DNA of 55,955 nucleotides, counting the filler, from Basidiobolus ranarum (lineage: Eukaryota): assembly GCA_040143965.1 (NCBI GenBank). It is 4 parts of 4 records of this genome, joined end to end, with 100 filler letters (N's around TTAATTAATTAA, not from the genome) between each part and the next. Parts side by side here need not be neighbours in the genome. Positions count along the whole stretch, not along the records: positions 1 to 13,942 come from JASJQH010007327.1; 3 more parts are not named here. The stretch is one strand, 5' to 3'. Position 1 is the stretch's first letter. Every line of letters begins with the position of its first letter. Below are positions 1 through 13,762 of this stretch, piece by piece. The position numbers and the translations under genes were made by a program. The notes beneath the pieces were generated by a model that saw only the letters and a list, made by a program, of their open reading frames with translations, made no database searches and was not told the DNA's origin.

Positions 1-142
1 AAAGTGTTTAGGGGATTTGGAAGTGTTTTGGACAAGATTTGGATTTGTGAATTAGACACTTAAGTTTTATTGAATTGAATATGTCCTATTTATAGTTTAC
101 TATGAAATAGATCAAATGTTAATGAAGTTCACTACATCGGAT

Positions 143-3100
143 TTACATAGGAACCCTTACATCAGTTACTCCTTTCTTGCCTTTAGCGAATGCTGCTATA
201 CAGCGGTCATATAAATCAAAAGAGACAACTGGGTCGGGTAGAGCCATCAAGAATTGGAGTAATGCCTCGGCCATTGAATGAATACCAATGTGACTTGTGC
301 TTGCCAAGCTGTCTGGTAAATTCTCAGTCGAGAGAGCATCACTATCTGATGGATCATCTAATAGCATCTTCAGATCGAATTCCTCACCAGTATCCAAACA
401 CTCTACAATGTAAGATACAAGGTACTCATCTCCGGCCTTTAAGAAGAGTTGACTCTACAAACATAGCGATATAAATATGAGTTCTGATCCCTTTGTTAGG
501 TAATAAATGGAACATTACCACGCCAGCTCCATAATTAGAAAGAAAATCACCCATTCTCCAGATCTCCCAGGGTACACTGCGTTGAAAGTGAGAAGGTAAC
601 GCTAGGATTTCTTTAGGGTCTGCTTGCCTTATTGGTCCTTTAAGCTTGGACAGATAGTCGAGTGGGGTGCCAAAACAAGAGGGCAAGTACTCACCAAAGA
701 TTTCGATAAAATAGGCTTTGCCGTTTGGGAGCGCCAAATTGAGTATATCTCTTAATTCCCTCTGACCCGTATTAAGACCTGATGCTGAAGTGTTATTCAC
801 TAATACTTTAACATTGATGTCTTTGCTTTCACCTACGTTAGAGGAACAATGCTTATTAGTTTATAATTGATACAGCCCAGTTCGAATAAGAGCATATACC
901 TGGTAAAAGGATATTTTTGGCCGGGCTAACCAACAGCCATGGTTCAGAGAGATTCTCAGTATCTCCATGTGGCAGAAACTCCATCCGGGTCAAGGTCTAC
1001 AATAAACATAATTGTAAGCAAGTGTGTTTAACACGAGTGATTCTGATCAACCGTACCGGGCTAGTGTTCACGACTGTGATGGTCTTTGATACGGGTACGT
1101 TGTATTTCACCTTACCAAGATCTATGGAGAGGGGTGATACGGAAATCACAGCTGTCAATTCATTCTCAAATTTATCCAAATCGCGAGAAATCTCTGCCCA
1201 AACTTCCTCATATTTCTCCTTCAGTAAAGTTTTAACCTAATAATCTATGTTAGAATAGTAATCAAGGCCAACTCAGATGTCCAGTAACTTACTTTAACAT
1301 GGAAAAGAGCACTAACTGGCTTATGGTCACTTGATACCATGGAATTCTGGCTTTGATAGAAGAGTTGGCTAATGTTCTCTCTCTTATTTGAGCACCATAA
1401 GATTCGGTCGCACCATGAGGGCACTCGCTTCTTCTCACTAAATTAAGTGTATGAGCACCTATTCATGGCATCGATTAAAGTAAGGTGAAAGGAAAAGCAT
1501 TACTTGGCTGTCAATATTTCACTGCCGATTTCATACTTATAAGTAGGTACAAATCTCAACTCTCCTTCTTCAAAATTGCCAAATGCCAAACCTTTACGTT
1601 TCTGTTCATTCAACTAAGTATATATGTTAGCTAGTTGTCGGCATGAGATAAAAACATCATTACAATACTTGGTCATGTTGAATCAACACATTCAGTTGGT
1701 TTTCTTGGAGTAGTGCAAACACTTTCTCTTCAGGCAAAGCTACTCGGTAGTTCAAATCTCCGAACCAAAAGAGGTTACTGAAAACCAGGAAAACGTCGAT
1801 ACAGTGAGTAATTACATAAAAGACAATCTGATCATTCTGGTAGTTATTTGGCCATTTCAAACAATACTTACTCGTTATTGAATACGGAAAGCCCTTGGGA
1901 GTGCAGCCGATTATTGTAATTACTTAACCCAACTGCTCCCGCAATTCCAGGCACAGTAGAGAAATATCGAGACGCGCCAACTTGTGAGGGAAAGGTTATT
2001 CGACGACAAATTTCTTGATAGTCTTGATTCCTTCTAGATACTTGATTGGCGTATGCGGCTAAGTGGCAATTTACAAAGCAAAGATAGGTATCGCGGAATT
2101 TAACTCTAATGGCAACTGCTCCTTTATTCCCCTGGGAAATTTAAATCCACTGTTATTCTTATTGATCAATGAAGATGCTGATTCTTTTCATAGACTACCA
2201 TGCCCATAATGCCACATCCGGCTGAATCTCCTTCTACATAATCTATATCTTTGACATGCTTTTGTTTGACGTATACCATCAGTAGCATGCCAACTAGTTG
2301 CTTGGACTTCACCTTTCACAGACAAAGTAAATATTTAGGTGATTTGTAGTGCGTACGGAATATGCGTGTTAATATGGCTACCTTCGTATACTGATCATCC
2401 ATTAGAACCAAGACTTTCTCAATACTTCGCGTCCATTCATCTTCCTTGGTACTATCGCTAAGTAGAAAGGCTTCAGGGCTCAAATCGAGCTCTTGAAAGC
2501 TATATATCAGTACATCCAGAAGTTTAGTATGAAACAAGGGAAGTTGTATATATTCAAGCTACAAACCCAACCGCTATGATATCTGCATCCACCATTTCCT
2601 TTGAAGACTTGAACCAAGGAACTAACGTTTCTCTTGACGGTCTTCCGTTTACATTCCATGTGCCAACGAATACTCTGCAGAAATGAGAGATCTTATTAAT
2701 GTTTGACCCAAATCTTAAAAGGATTTTATGCTCTGGTGGTTAATTACTTTATATTATCCTCGAGAGTGAACTCCGTTTCTCGTTCTTGCATTTTTTTCGT
2801 GATATATTCCTCTTTGATATGAATGGAATTCGATATTGAATCTGAATTCTCCAACTCGGTGCTTGAAGATAGTTGCGCTATGAAAGGATTATCTTCACTC
2901 ATATTCAATCCTACAATGCTGGTGAATAGAGAATAAAGGATCCAATATAGAAAACATGGCACTCACCTACTAATGAACTCCTTTCTTTCAATATTATAAA
3001 GCAACAAGCACAGTGAGTAGGATGCTGGCTTTAAGACAAATATCATTTTCAACTTACTACTCTCACTTGACACTACTTCTCCCGAATCTTGAGTATTGTA

Positions 3101-3894
3101 GAACTCGACCCACTGATGCGATGCACCATTATTTTGCCAGCTGTGTTTCTCTATTGTTGAGATACGCGATTAGCTATCAACGCAATTGAATGAATTCTTG
3201 GCTATTCTCATACTTGCACTATCCAGATGCTTATTAATTTCATCTTGCACGTTCTGTATTGCTTCACTACAATTCGTGGTCAGTATCAATTGCTTCGATC
3301 CACTCTTCATAAACACGAAACAACCTAAAGCATCACAAAGGAAAGGAAATATAAGAAACCCCGAATTATTAAAAGTATATAATAGAGAATGTACCAGGGC
3401 TGTCCATTTCCTCATTATTCTCCTCATCACTGTCGTTCTGAGATATATCATCTGAAAATTGGGTCAATAAATAGATAGCTATACGCAAATAGATATGTAA
3501 TGGAAAGTATGCCTATTGTAAGTTCAAAATCCATGTAAATAGGATAGGTGCCAATTATATTGATGAGATCATCAGACTTGTTGAATAAGAACACACTATA
3601 CAAGACTTCTTAGTTATATGATAGTAGATAGCACTTCAGCAAATAATCAGCCTCTTACCATGCTTCTTCTTCAACTGAATCTTTTGGTCTGTTAGTGACT
3701 ACCGCTACTATTCCACAACCCTTTTTCCCAGTCTCTTTCTTGTAAGCTACTTCAGCTGAGTATTTTTAGAATTAAAGAATATACTATTTTTGTATTGGAT
3801 TCGAAGAGAAAAATTTAAACGAACAGAAGGATATTGCTTTGATGAATTCGGTTGCTCGTAATTGTGATATTATTTTGTCTTCGAACGGATTCAT
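143..3894 (-). CDS. OCRL/INPP5B-like inositol polyphosphate 5-phosphatase with ASH and RhoGAP-like domains; multi-exon, 3' end probably runs off the contig
   Basis: Spliced exons give 5-phosphatase motifs [55 protein letters not shown] and SDHKPV. These are followed by ASH-like [20 protein letters not shown], then SCFGTPL and a RhoGAP-like segment [19 protein letters not shown]. Putative ATG at 3894. A GT donor at 160 suggests further exons outside the window. Confidence 0.9.
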
Positions 3895-4954
3895 TTTCTT
3901 CTCGCAACAGTACTATAGAGAGTTCGTGTTCGTAACGGTAAATCTACCTTTGAATAAATGTGCCGTCACAAAGCACCGATATGGTATGAGAAAATGCCAA
4001 ACACAAGTGCATACATATATTCACTCATAATAGCGTATATTAACTTGGCTCATGATTACTGGATCTATCCTATCAATCGATATTTCGTAAATCAGCCGAT
4101 TGATGCAATCAAATATCATTAAAAAGTGCAGTTCATGTCAAAAACTATCGGCAGTGATGTTGTACAACGGTACATGACTGGTCAGCAATCATCCAGTATG
4201 CAGCTCAATTTTAATTTTCTCTAAGACGTCAACAATCGAACTCTCTGAGCAGCGGTAGAAAGCATACTACATGGGGACAAGATAGGAAGTCAACTCGTAA
4301 GATATAGTAGCATATCAGGTACTACTTCCTTGCATTCTTCTAGACAAAGTCATTACCGGATTTATTGGCTCTTTGGACACTACATTAATGAGATAAAACA
4401 ACAAAGTAGAAACCTGACTTGCGTCTAGGGGTACATCTGTTGGGAGAAACTAGCGATGGAAATATGTAGATGGTTTGGCATAATATTATTATAAATGAAC
4501 TATACATCTATATATGTATACAAAATCACTTTAAGCTCGGTTTACTGGTTAGAAAACTCCAAGGTTACTCGGGAAAAGCTTAATCTAGTTGTAGGTTGTA
4601 ATATATATCAGTTACACTAATAGATGAGCTACAGATGTGGCTTTGGTGCATATAATAAATACAACATGAACAAGTCAGGGCCAAGTTAGAAAACATGCCA
4701 GATCTATTCTAATCGAAGCTTCTTAATTTATATATGGAATACCCAGTTCATATGTGATTGAATCATTGGGATTAGGAGTGGGAGTGGGATTGCTTACATC
4801 TACATCTTTAAATTCTTATTTCGAGGGTCCTTACTTCAGGTACCCATTTTCTCCTTCTCGTCATTAAGATTTCTAATATTCGTTTCTTACCCCTTAGTCT
4901 TTTCATTACCAGTCTTCGTTCCTTTCATCACACCCTTTCTATTCCTCTGTCGTA

Positions 4955-5333
4955 ATGAAGTTGGCTTTCTGTCCCCCTGGTTGTGCTATCTGTTGTAGTA
5001 TCCTCAGTGTAATCGGTATTATCTTCTTGGTAAGTAGGCCGCTTTCATCCAGGGAACCCAATTTGTTGAGAGCTAAATATTGACTTCATATATAGGGTGT
5101 TCTTGGAGCTCTTTTTAAGGCTGAAGTCCATGAACTTACTGAAGGTGATAAAGCTCCCAAGGATCCCCAAGCTGTCGCTCAAGGATGCTTCATCGCTGCT
5201 GGTATTTACGCTGCTTTCCTAGTCTTGTCACTCTGCCAGGTAAGAATTTAACTTACTATCCAAGTGGAAACAAAAATAACTAACCCATCATCGTTTTTAG
5301 ACATGGCTTCATAGGAAACAACACAGAGAGTAA
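4955..5333 (+). CDS. V-ATPase V0 subunit f / RNase kappa (RNASEK) family protein, 83 aa, 3 exons
   Basis: Exons 4955-5029, 5096-5239 and 5301-5333 have GT-AG borders and splice in frame to MKLAFCPPGCAICCSILSVIGIIFLGVLGALFKAEVHELTEGDKAPKDPQAVAQGCFIAAGIYAAFLVLSLCQTWLHRKQHRE. Two TM helices and the C-x-x-L-S-x-x-G and CF-x-AA-x-x-Y patterns fit the family. Confidence 0.85.
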
Positions 5334-5682
5334 AATTTTCCAAAACTTCTGAACCAAGATTAAGTTTGCGAGATGTATGGATCGCTTTGACTTATTTTTG
5401 ACCAATGTTTGCTATATCTTTCTCTTCTCCATCTCAAATAACAAAGTACAGCCTATAAACTGAAGAACTTAACTGTCACTATACTTTAATACGCGCAGTC
5501 CTCTTCATTCAACTCCACCATCATCACGTCACGTGATTCTATCCCTTCATTACGTTAATGCCATGCTTCTAATAAAGCTCAATATGGTTTATTAAAAAAA
5601 GAAAAAATTAGAAGTCAACTGGCTATGATATGGAGAAGACAAATGAAAAGATCTAGAATGTATACAAAGTGTCATGAATTGC

Positions 5683-7105
5683 TTAAAGAAAATATGGGGT
5701 TCCGCCCATTCTGGCAGGAGTGGTTCTCTCTTGATCTGGCACTGCCTCGAATATTTTGAAACTACTTTCATCTACGACTGTGTTCTCTTTCACTTGCATG
5801 ATACTTGCAACATTACCACAACGATAGCAATAGTTGGGTGCCGACCACACCGTCACCAAGTTCTCATCGGGGAACATAAATTTATACCCCTCTTGAACCA
5901 ACTGATGCGCACGCGCAATCAGATCAAGTCCATTGACGTGATTAAACTAAAGAATCCATGGATTGAGTTAGCTGAGCTCTTAGTTCCCAAATTATCTTTA
6001 CTTCTCTCACCTCGGTAGTGACTCTTCCACCAAAGAGCCATCCTGCTCCTCTGGGGCTCACCGCCCACCCATCGATCTCTTCCGGGTCTGACCACATCAG
6101 ATCTGATAGAGATACGGTTAGAAGAAATTCAAGTGACATCAATAATATCCACAAGTTTACCGCAAAATGATCCTTCATGGGGAATTTCCTGACAGCGTTG
6201 TATGGTTCTAATCTGATCAAGAGTCCTTACATCAGGTGAGAGTCCACCATGAACACATAGAATACTTCCGTCGATAACCTACTCGCATGTTCATTCAGTC
6301 CTGTCTAGTGAAGGAACTATTCAAAGGGAAGGTATATTTACCGCAGCAATGGTCAGATAATCGAACACTTGGCAACAGTATTTCCATACGTTTGCGTTTC
6401 CATATTTAGTTTGACATTCGTCTAGAAAACAAAGTGGGTTAGAACTGGAACACTTGTGAAAAATATTCACACATGAACTTAATACCGTAAAAGCCATACA
6501 CTTGGGTGATCTGTCTACTCTCATGGTTACCACGTAAAAGGGTGATCTTATCTGGATATCTTGCTTTTAACACCATGAGTAAAGTAAATGTTTCTAAACT
6601 AAAGTAACCACGATCTACGAAATCTCCCTACAAAGACCAAAAAAAAGTGGGGATAAGATATCTATCGAGGAATTTGGAAGGTTTCAAAAGTCAACTCAGA
6701 TTTACCATAAATATGTAATTGGTCTCGGGTATTTTACCACCAACATTAAACAACTCTTTAAGATCGTAGAATTGTCCATGAATATCACCACACACGGTGA
6801 CCGGAGATTGAACTGGTTGAACATTTGACTCCTCCATCAGTAATTCCTTTACCTGTTGGCAAATTGGAGGATGTTTTAGAAAGAGTTATTTTGAGAATAT
6901 ATTAAGAAGCACAAAGTTGGTTCACAGGGCTTTTTGAACCATCAAGCTCTTTCTTTCTTATTATCTCTAAATCACTCAGAAATAATAACTTTCGTCGAAG
7001 GATGAAAAAGCATTCACCTACCAGTTCGCAAAGTTTTTTCATGTTTTGTTCAGACAGATGTTGGCATTCCAAGATCGTGTCTAACCATTCCTCAGGACAA
7101 CTCAT
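5683..7105 (-). CDS. SIT4: PP2A-like Ser/Thr phosphatase catalytic subunit, Sit4/PP6 type (multi-exon)
   Basis: Motifs [54 protein letters not shown] and [17 protein letters not shown]-terminus TPYFL; ATG at 7105. Confidence 0.9.
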
Positions 7106-8007
7106 TCTCAAGCAACTCAAGTGTATGTATGAATAATAAAGAAAGCACGAAAGTCTGAGTGAAATCGATGATGAATGATTAGGAGAAATATCATGTTGTA
7201 TGATGATGATAATGTTGAGTGGAGATCATAGTTTGGTTAAGTTTAAACCATATCGTAAACGAGAAGAGAATATATGCTTAACATAAACATGTTTCGCGAC
7301 GGTGTGAATAGATAAGGCGAGGGTTGGGGAAAGTGGGGCTAGGCAACGTTATTTGTAGATTATAAGATTTAGTTTGATCATTTGGCATGAGACTAGATCT
7401 CAAAAGCAAAGGCAAATATGTGATACAGTACAGATAATATCATGTGAAAGTTGATAGTTATTGGGCTAATCAAGGCCAATCGTAAATTATCGGACTGTAC
7501 GTTTATGGAAATTAAATAAATGTGGGCTTGTGCACTCTCTACACTCACGACACTCATTAATGCCAATATGGCTCTTACACCCACTCAACAGATCCAATTA
7601 AAGGGAGCAGAAACATTCTAGGAACTAGTTTGGAACATGAGGGGAGCTAATGGCAAGTGGGTGGCAAAGAGGCGGCACATAGACATGAATATATCACATT
7701 CCCCTGCCGCCCCTTCGTAAGCTCAAAATAGAGTTATGGGTAGAATGAGCTTATTTCATAGGTTGTGATTTGAGGTAACCAAGGAATTGATTTGTATTTC
7801 TTAGACACAGCGTCCATTCAGCGTCCATTCTATTACGAAGGTGGCACAAATGAAGTCTTGCCTAATTGAACTGAACAACATGGAAATCCCTCCAGAAAGT
7901 TAAATGAATCAGATCATTGGTGGATTCTGGGTAATCGCTTACCATATAACTCAAGTGGAATTGTGCGATTCAGAGATTCATCGATTCCCCACTCCCCCTC
8001 TTTTACA

Positions 8008-9402
8008 ATGTCTCCACCACAGTCTTCAGTGGAAGCGCCTTCCGTATCCTCATTCACCATGGAAGAGGTTAGAAGTCGTGTGAAAACTGGTGAAATATTA
8101 ATCGTTTACGATCGTCAAATCTACAAGCTTAACAAATGGATAAAGCATCACCCTGGTGGCGAGCTTGCCGTTAGACATATGCTCGGCAAGGATGCCACTG
8201 ATGTGGTAAGAGCAATGCACCCGGAGTGGGTTTTGACCAAAAAGATGAAGCACTTCTATATTGGTGACTTGGCTATGGATCCTTCAGCCACTCACACCAA
8301 CTCTGAACTCAAGGTTCAAAAGCAGATCTCTGAGGCTTACAAGCGCCTGGAAAACAAGATCCGTGCCCACGGGCTGTACGAAACAAATTATGTGTGCTAC
8401 GCCTGGGAAGCGGCTCGCTGTATTGGGGCATTTGTGACCATGGTGGGCTTAGTTGTCTGGGGACCACAAACCACCTGGAGCTACATAGTAGCAGCACTTG
8501 CGAACGCCTTCGTCTGGCATCAGAGTGCCTTCTGTGCTCATGATGCTGGCCACAATGAGATTACTCACAACATGACTTATGATAGTACTATTGGCATTCT
8601 CCTAGGCAACTATCTAGCTGGTTTGTCTATTGGATGGTGGAAAAAGAGCCACAATGTTCACCATATCATCACCAACCACCCCGAACATGATCCTGATATT
8701 CAGCATCTTCCCTTCTTCGCCATCACTTCAAAGTTCTTCAACAATTTGTTCTCTAGCTACCACAACAAGGTGTTGAAGTTCGATCGTGCCTCTAGATTCT
8801 TCATCTCTTTCCAGCACTTCCTCTATTACCCCATCCTTTGCTTTGGTCGGTTCAATCTTTACGTTCAAGGGCTTATCTTCTTGCTTACTGACGATTATGC
8901 ACCACTACGTAAATGGGAGTTGGTAGGAATGGTCTTCTTTTTCTCTTGGTACTCGTACCTTGTTTCATTCATTCCAACCTGGGGAATGATTTTTATGTAC
9001 ATCATGATCTCCCACGTCTTTACCATGATGCTTCATGTTCAAATCACCTTGTCCCACTTTGGTATGTCTACTGATGACCATGGTCCTGACGAATGCTTTG
9101 CTTCTCGCCAGCTGCGTACTACCATGGATGTTGACTGCCCAGCGTGGTTCGACTGGTTCCATGGAGGCCTCCAGTTCCAAGCAATTCACCATCTCTTTCC
9201 TCGAGTTCCCAGACACAACTTGCGGGCCACACAGCCTTTTGTCGAAGAATTCTGCGAAGAAGTTGGTTTGAAGTATCATAATTATGGATTTGTCAAAGGC
9301 AATGGGATTGTTTTCGGAGCACTTCGTGATGTCGCTGACCAATTAGCATTCATTGCGAAAGTGGCCTCCCACGAGGCTCATAATCACCTTCATGTAGAGT
9401 AA
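8008..9402 (+). CDS. SLD1: Cytochrome b5-fused desaturase, most likely delta-8 sphingolipid desaturase (intronless)
   Basis: HPGG heme motif; His boxes HDAGH, HNVHH and QAIHHLFP; HDPDIQHLP and HVQITLSH segments typical of fungal SLD. First ATG at 8008. Delta-6 activity is not excluded. Confidence 0.85.
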   Translation: MSPPQSSVEAPSVSSFTMEEVRSRVKTGEILIVYDRQIYKLNKWIKHHPGGELAVRHMLGKDATDVVRAMHPEWVLTKKMKHFYIGDLAMDPSATHTNSELKVQKQISEAYKRLENKIRAHGLYETNYVCYAWEAARCIGAFVTMVGLVVWGPQTTWSYIVAALANAFVWHQSAFCAHDAGHNEITHNMTYDSTIGILLGNYLAGLSIGWWKKSHNVHHIITNHPEHDPDIQHLPFFAITSKFFNNLFSSYHNKVLKFDRASRFFISFQHFLYYPILCFGRFNLYVQGLIFLLTDDYAPLRKWELVGMVFFFSWYSYLVSFIPTWGMIFMYIMISHVFTMMLHVQITLSHFGMSTDDHGPDECFASRQLRTTMDVDCPAWFDWFHGGLQFQAIHHLFPRVPRHNLRATQPFVEEFCEEVGLKYHNYGFVKGNGIVFGALRDVADQLAFIAKVASHEAHNHLHVE

Positions 9403-10034
9403 TGGAGAGTTTGTTAGCATTTTTGATGTAAAAACCATAATATTTGTAGAATACTACCCAGCCCTAGCCCTATCTCCATCCCCACCCTTAATGTTACTTC
9501 TGATTCGTATTATTATCCTTCATAATTAAAAGCTTAAAAGCCCACTTAATCATTTAATATCAATCGTTGTTATTTCTGTGATAGATTTAAACAGACAAGA
9601 CTGAAGTGGCTTAGTGTCAAGCTTATAAAGGTGAGTAGACTAAACGCGCAAATGGCTAAACAACTATACAAACATTGCCGGGATGAGCAACCAAGGATAA
9701 ATAGAGCAATCCTCCAATAAAACTAACCAACAAAATATTGAATCACGAGATCAAGGTTTAATTCATTTGCAGCAAATGCTAAAAATCAGTAAAACACCTT
9801 CGGTTCTTTGTGCCTCTGACCAAAGTCCTTTTTGCCCATAGCAACGAAATTATCTCAGAGAGTTGACTTTGTACCTATCTTTAATTCGCTCGGGTGTATT
9901 TTCTTCTTCGATATTGCTTCTGTATTTATTCCCTTTGTATTCCCTCTTTTGTATCTATCTTCGGTGAACTTTCTGTTACTCGTTTGTTGACTTCCCTCGG
10001 TTATCAATTGTTTTTTGGAATTGGGTATTTCATC

Positions 10035-12339
10035 ATGTCTACTGTAATTAAAAAAGGCCACTTGTCACTCAAAGAAGAGGGCCTGCGAGCATGGATATGG
10101 TCGAAACGTTGGGTATTACTGCGAGAGATGACACTGACTTTCCATAGAAACGAGGTAAACCACCCTGTTTTCTAGTCATCCTTCTACTTTACTGGGCCCA
10201 AACCAATATGGTTCGGTGGGTATTCAGTACGCACGAATTTTCTTTTCTTACCTGAAACTGGGTTTATTTGTAGACTTCACCACAGCCTGTTGCACTGATA
10301 TTCCTAAAAGAGATCTCCGGAGTCAATCGAACCGATTTGAAGCCTTATTGTCTTGAAATCATTACAAAAGATCGTACTTACTTCTTATCTTGTAAAAGTG
10401 ACGAGGAATTATATTCTTGGATGGATGCGATTTATCAGGTATCTTATGAAACTACTTTTCTTTTGTAGCCATCCTCCTCGACTGACACTTCTTTTCCTTC
10501 ACTCTAGCGCTCTCCTTTGATGGGCGTTTCAAACCCCACCAATTTCCAACATAGGATTCACGTTAATTTTGACCCAAACACTGGCATGTTAACCGTAAGT
10601 TTCTTTCTCTCCAACGAATGTGGGTTTCTTCAAAGGATAACCCTATAACTTAAATTATTTAGGGCCTTCCGGAACAATGGGTCAAACTCTTATCCTCTTC
10701 TGCTATCACTAGAGAAGATTATACCAATAATCCTCAAGCAGTTTTGCAAGCCCTTGAGTTTTATACCGACCAAAATCAACGCAAAGAGGATAACTACAGT
10801 AGCCAGCAAAAGTGGGTCGGACTTTTACCACAGGTAGGATAAGCTTTTAAATAACTCAGTTCACATATTTTACTTACATTCTTCGATCATTTTAGAATCC
10901 AAATCAAACTATCCCTACTCGTCCTCCGCCATCTATTAAGGCTCCAAATGGACTACCTACACCTCCAGCTAGTGTAAGCTTGCCTACACTTTGAACACCT
11001 TAAACTTAACTCTAACAATCCGATATTCACCACAGTCATCCCCCACTTTCAAGACCGCTCCGGTTCCTAATCGGTTACCCGAAGATGGCCAATTGGCCCC
11101 TTCACAACAGCCCCCTAAATTGCAAATTCAAGGTGGCCTAGCTAATGGCACACCCAAATCGTCGAACAAGCCTAAAGACCAGAGACTCTCTACCTTGACA
11201 GAGTCACAGATCATGGAGAAGCTGAGTTAGTGATTTTTGCTGACTTATGCAAAGAAATTGGCGGTTGATAACCAGTTCTTACTCCATATAGGAAGTGTCG
11301 TATGTAAAGGAGATCCAACTAATCTCTACCTAAAGATCAAGAAGATTGGACAAGGGTAAGTTGCTTATCTATGCAGTATAGAATGTGTATAGATCGTTAT
11401 TTATTAATGGAATTCATGCAGTGCTTCTGGCTCAGTATATGTTGCTCGCTCACTCTCCAACAATAAGCGAGTGGCCATCAAACAAATGGATTTGGCCCAC
11501 CAACCACGAAAGGAGTTGATCGTCAATGAAATCGTGGTTATGAAAGAGGCTCAGCACCCGAATATCGTCAATTATCTAGACAGCTACTTGGTTACGGCCA
11601 ATGAGTTGTGGGTGGTCATGGAGTACATGGAGGGTGGGGCTCTTACCGAAGTTATCGACAACAACACACTCACCGAAGGTCAGATAGCAACCATATGTCG
11701 TGAGGTAATTACGCTTGTAGAGTCTTGATTGTCAGCGCTTGTTCTCATTCATTATCTTCTACAGACGTGTAGAGGGTTGCTGCACCTTCATCATCAAAAT
11801 ATCATTCACCGTGATATCAAGAGCGATAACGTTTTGCTGGATTACGAAGGAAGAGTGAAAATCAGTAAGTGTCATGTGACTTGTGTCGAATTCATCCATG
11901 TACTCATCCTTTCTGCATAGCTGATTTCGGATTCTGTGCTAAACTCACGGAGCAAAAAAATAAGCGTGCAACCATGGTAGGGACTCCTTATTGGATGGCA
12001 CCAGAAGTGGTGAAACAAAAAGAATATGACGCCAAAGTAGATATCTGGTCACTTGGTATTATGGCCATTGAAATGATCGAAAATGAACCGCCCTATCTTG
12101 ATGAAGAACCTCTCAAGGCACTCTACCTCATTGCCACTAACGGTACTCCTACATTAAAGCGACCAGAACTTCTCAGTCGGGAATTTAAAGCATTCCTTGC
12201 TGAATGTTTATGTGTAGATGTGAAGAGTAGAGCTACTTCGGCAGAGTTACTGGAACATGAATTCTTGAAAGGTGCTGTACCCCCAACAGAATTATCCCCT
12301 TTACTAAGGTTTCGTAATCCACCCAGACCACAACAATGA
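10035..12339 (+). CDS. CLA4: Cla4/Skm1-like PAK kinase (PH-CRIB-kinase), multi-exon
   Basis: N-terminal PH ([24 protein letters not shown]), CRIB ([16 protein letters not shown]), kinase motifs [32 protein letters not shown] and [12 protein letters not shown]. Confidence 0.92.
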
Positions 12340-12609
12340 TCTCAGTTAGCAATTCACTTTCACTAAATTAGAAATGTATATTGGATAAATATATATATAA
12401 ACTTATTGGACCTCAATCATTGATTACATTTCTCTAAATCTTACCTTATACATTTATTTACTACCATTATTGCTAGCACAATAAGCATATCTATCATGAA
12501 TGTTTTGAGTTGCTGAAAACTTAGAATCTATAAATATGTGAAGCATTAATTCTAAATTTCTACCTGACCAAAAAGAAGTTCAATTAAGAACAGTTATTGA
12601 GTCTATTCA

Positions 12610-12849
12610 CCAAACCAGTGCCAATAGGCTCCCAAATACCTTAAAAGGTTATGAGCCCCAAACTTGCACTCTCTGTGATGTCTAATTCTCAAATTTCTAG
12701 AAATTTTCCTTCTTATAAAAAATTAGATGGAACTGTTTATCAAGTTTAGAAAATTAAAATGAAGATGCTACTGCAAGAAAATGGACTTTGGGTCCCTGTT
12801 GTAGGAAAAGAATGTTAAAGTATTTGGGAGCCTGTTGGAAGTGGTTTGG
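12610..12849. repeat. Inverted repeat pair (MITE-like) from a dispersed repeat family
   Basis: 12610-12644 is the reverse complement of 12815-12849 at 31/35 positions. Related sequence occurs at about 1-36 and 27483-27514. Confidence 0.6.
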
Positions 12850-13068
12850 AACAAGCTTGAAAAATCTATATATCTGAGAACTTCTAAGTTGGTAAAAATA
12901 TTCTAAGTAAATTCCAATTGAGAATAATGGATAATATCTTAGTGAATTATAAGATGACTAAGTTCTAAGCTGTATATGACTATATAGGTATTTAGGCAAA
13001 GCTAATTTCAACAGAAAATACTTGTCAATTGTATGACTTATAATCCTTCAGTAATTTAACTGCCGTCA

Positions 13069-13688
13069 TGTCCAAATAGTTGTTTGGCTTTCACCAGTGA
13101 TATGCAAAACCTGAAGGCATGTACTGTTTGCACACAAGGGGCAATCACTGAATCAGGTAAATACCATTCTTATATGGCTTACATACCCTTAATACCCCGT
13201 TTAAATTTTGATGAAATCACCCAAATATAGATCATTGATCCAATACCCAAGTAGTCTCCAGAAAGCTGATGGTATTACCAATATACTTGATGAATATCAC
13301 TACAAGAAGCTGAAAAAACAAGATTTCTTTGGGAACATGGGTCATCATGCATTTGCATGGCTCTGAATGGTTTCTTGCTAAATAAGTATACCATTGAAAA
13401 GGCTTGATGGCCTATAACTTTAATTAACCCAAATCTTCCTCCTTCTGTATGGTACAAGAGTCATAATATTTTTATACTATCCATCATATCTGGACCTAAG
13501 TCACCAGTGCTTACAGATATCTTCTTGGAACCTTTGATTGAGGAATTTGAATGGTTACCTAATGTGATTCAGATGGGTGAATATTTATGAAAGCTAATAT
13601 CATTGTACATATTGGTGATACTCATGCCATCAGCAGACTTGGAGGTTATTGTGGGCACCATGCACCATCTTGCTGTTTATTTTGTTAA
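13069..13688 (+). mobile_element. Degenerate CACTA/EnSpm (Tnp2, Transposase_21-like) transposase relic
   Basis: Fragments CPNSCLAF..LKACTVC..YIPLIPRL, WPITLINPNLPPSVWYKSHNIFILSIISGPKSPVLTDIFLEPLIEEFEWL and GDTHAISRLGGYCGHHAPSCCLFC, interrupted by stops and frameshifts. Confidence 0.8.
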
Positions 13689-13762
13689 ATCAATGGAGTC
13701 TACTCTATCAGGCATCTGAATTACTCCTGTCCAAATACCAAACTAAACTCTGTAATTTTACT

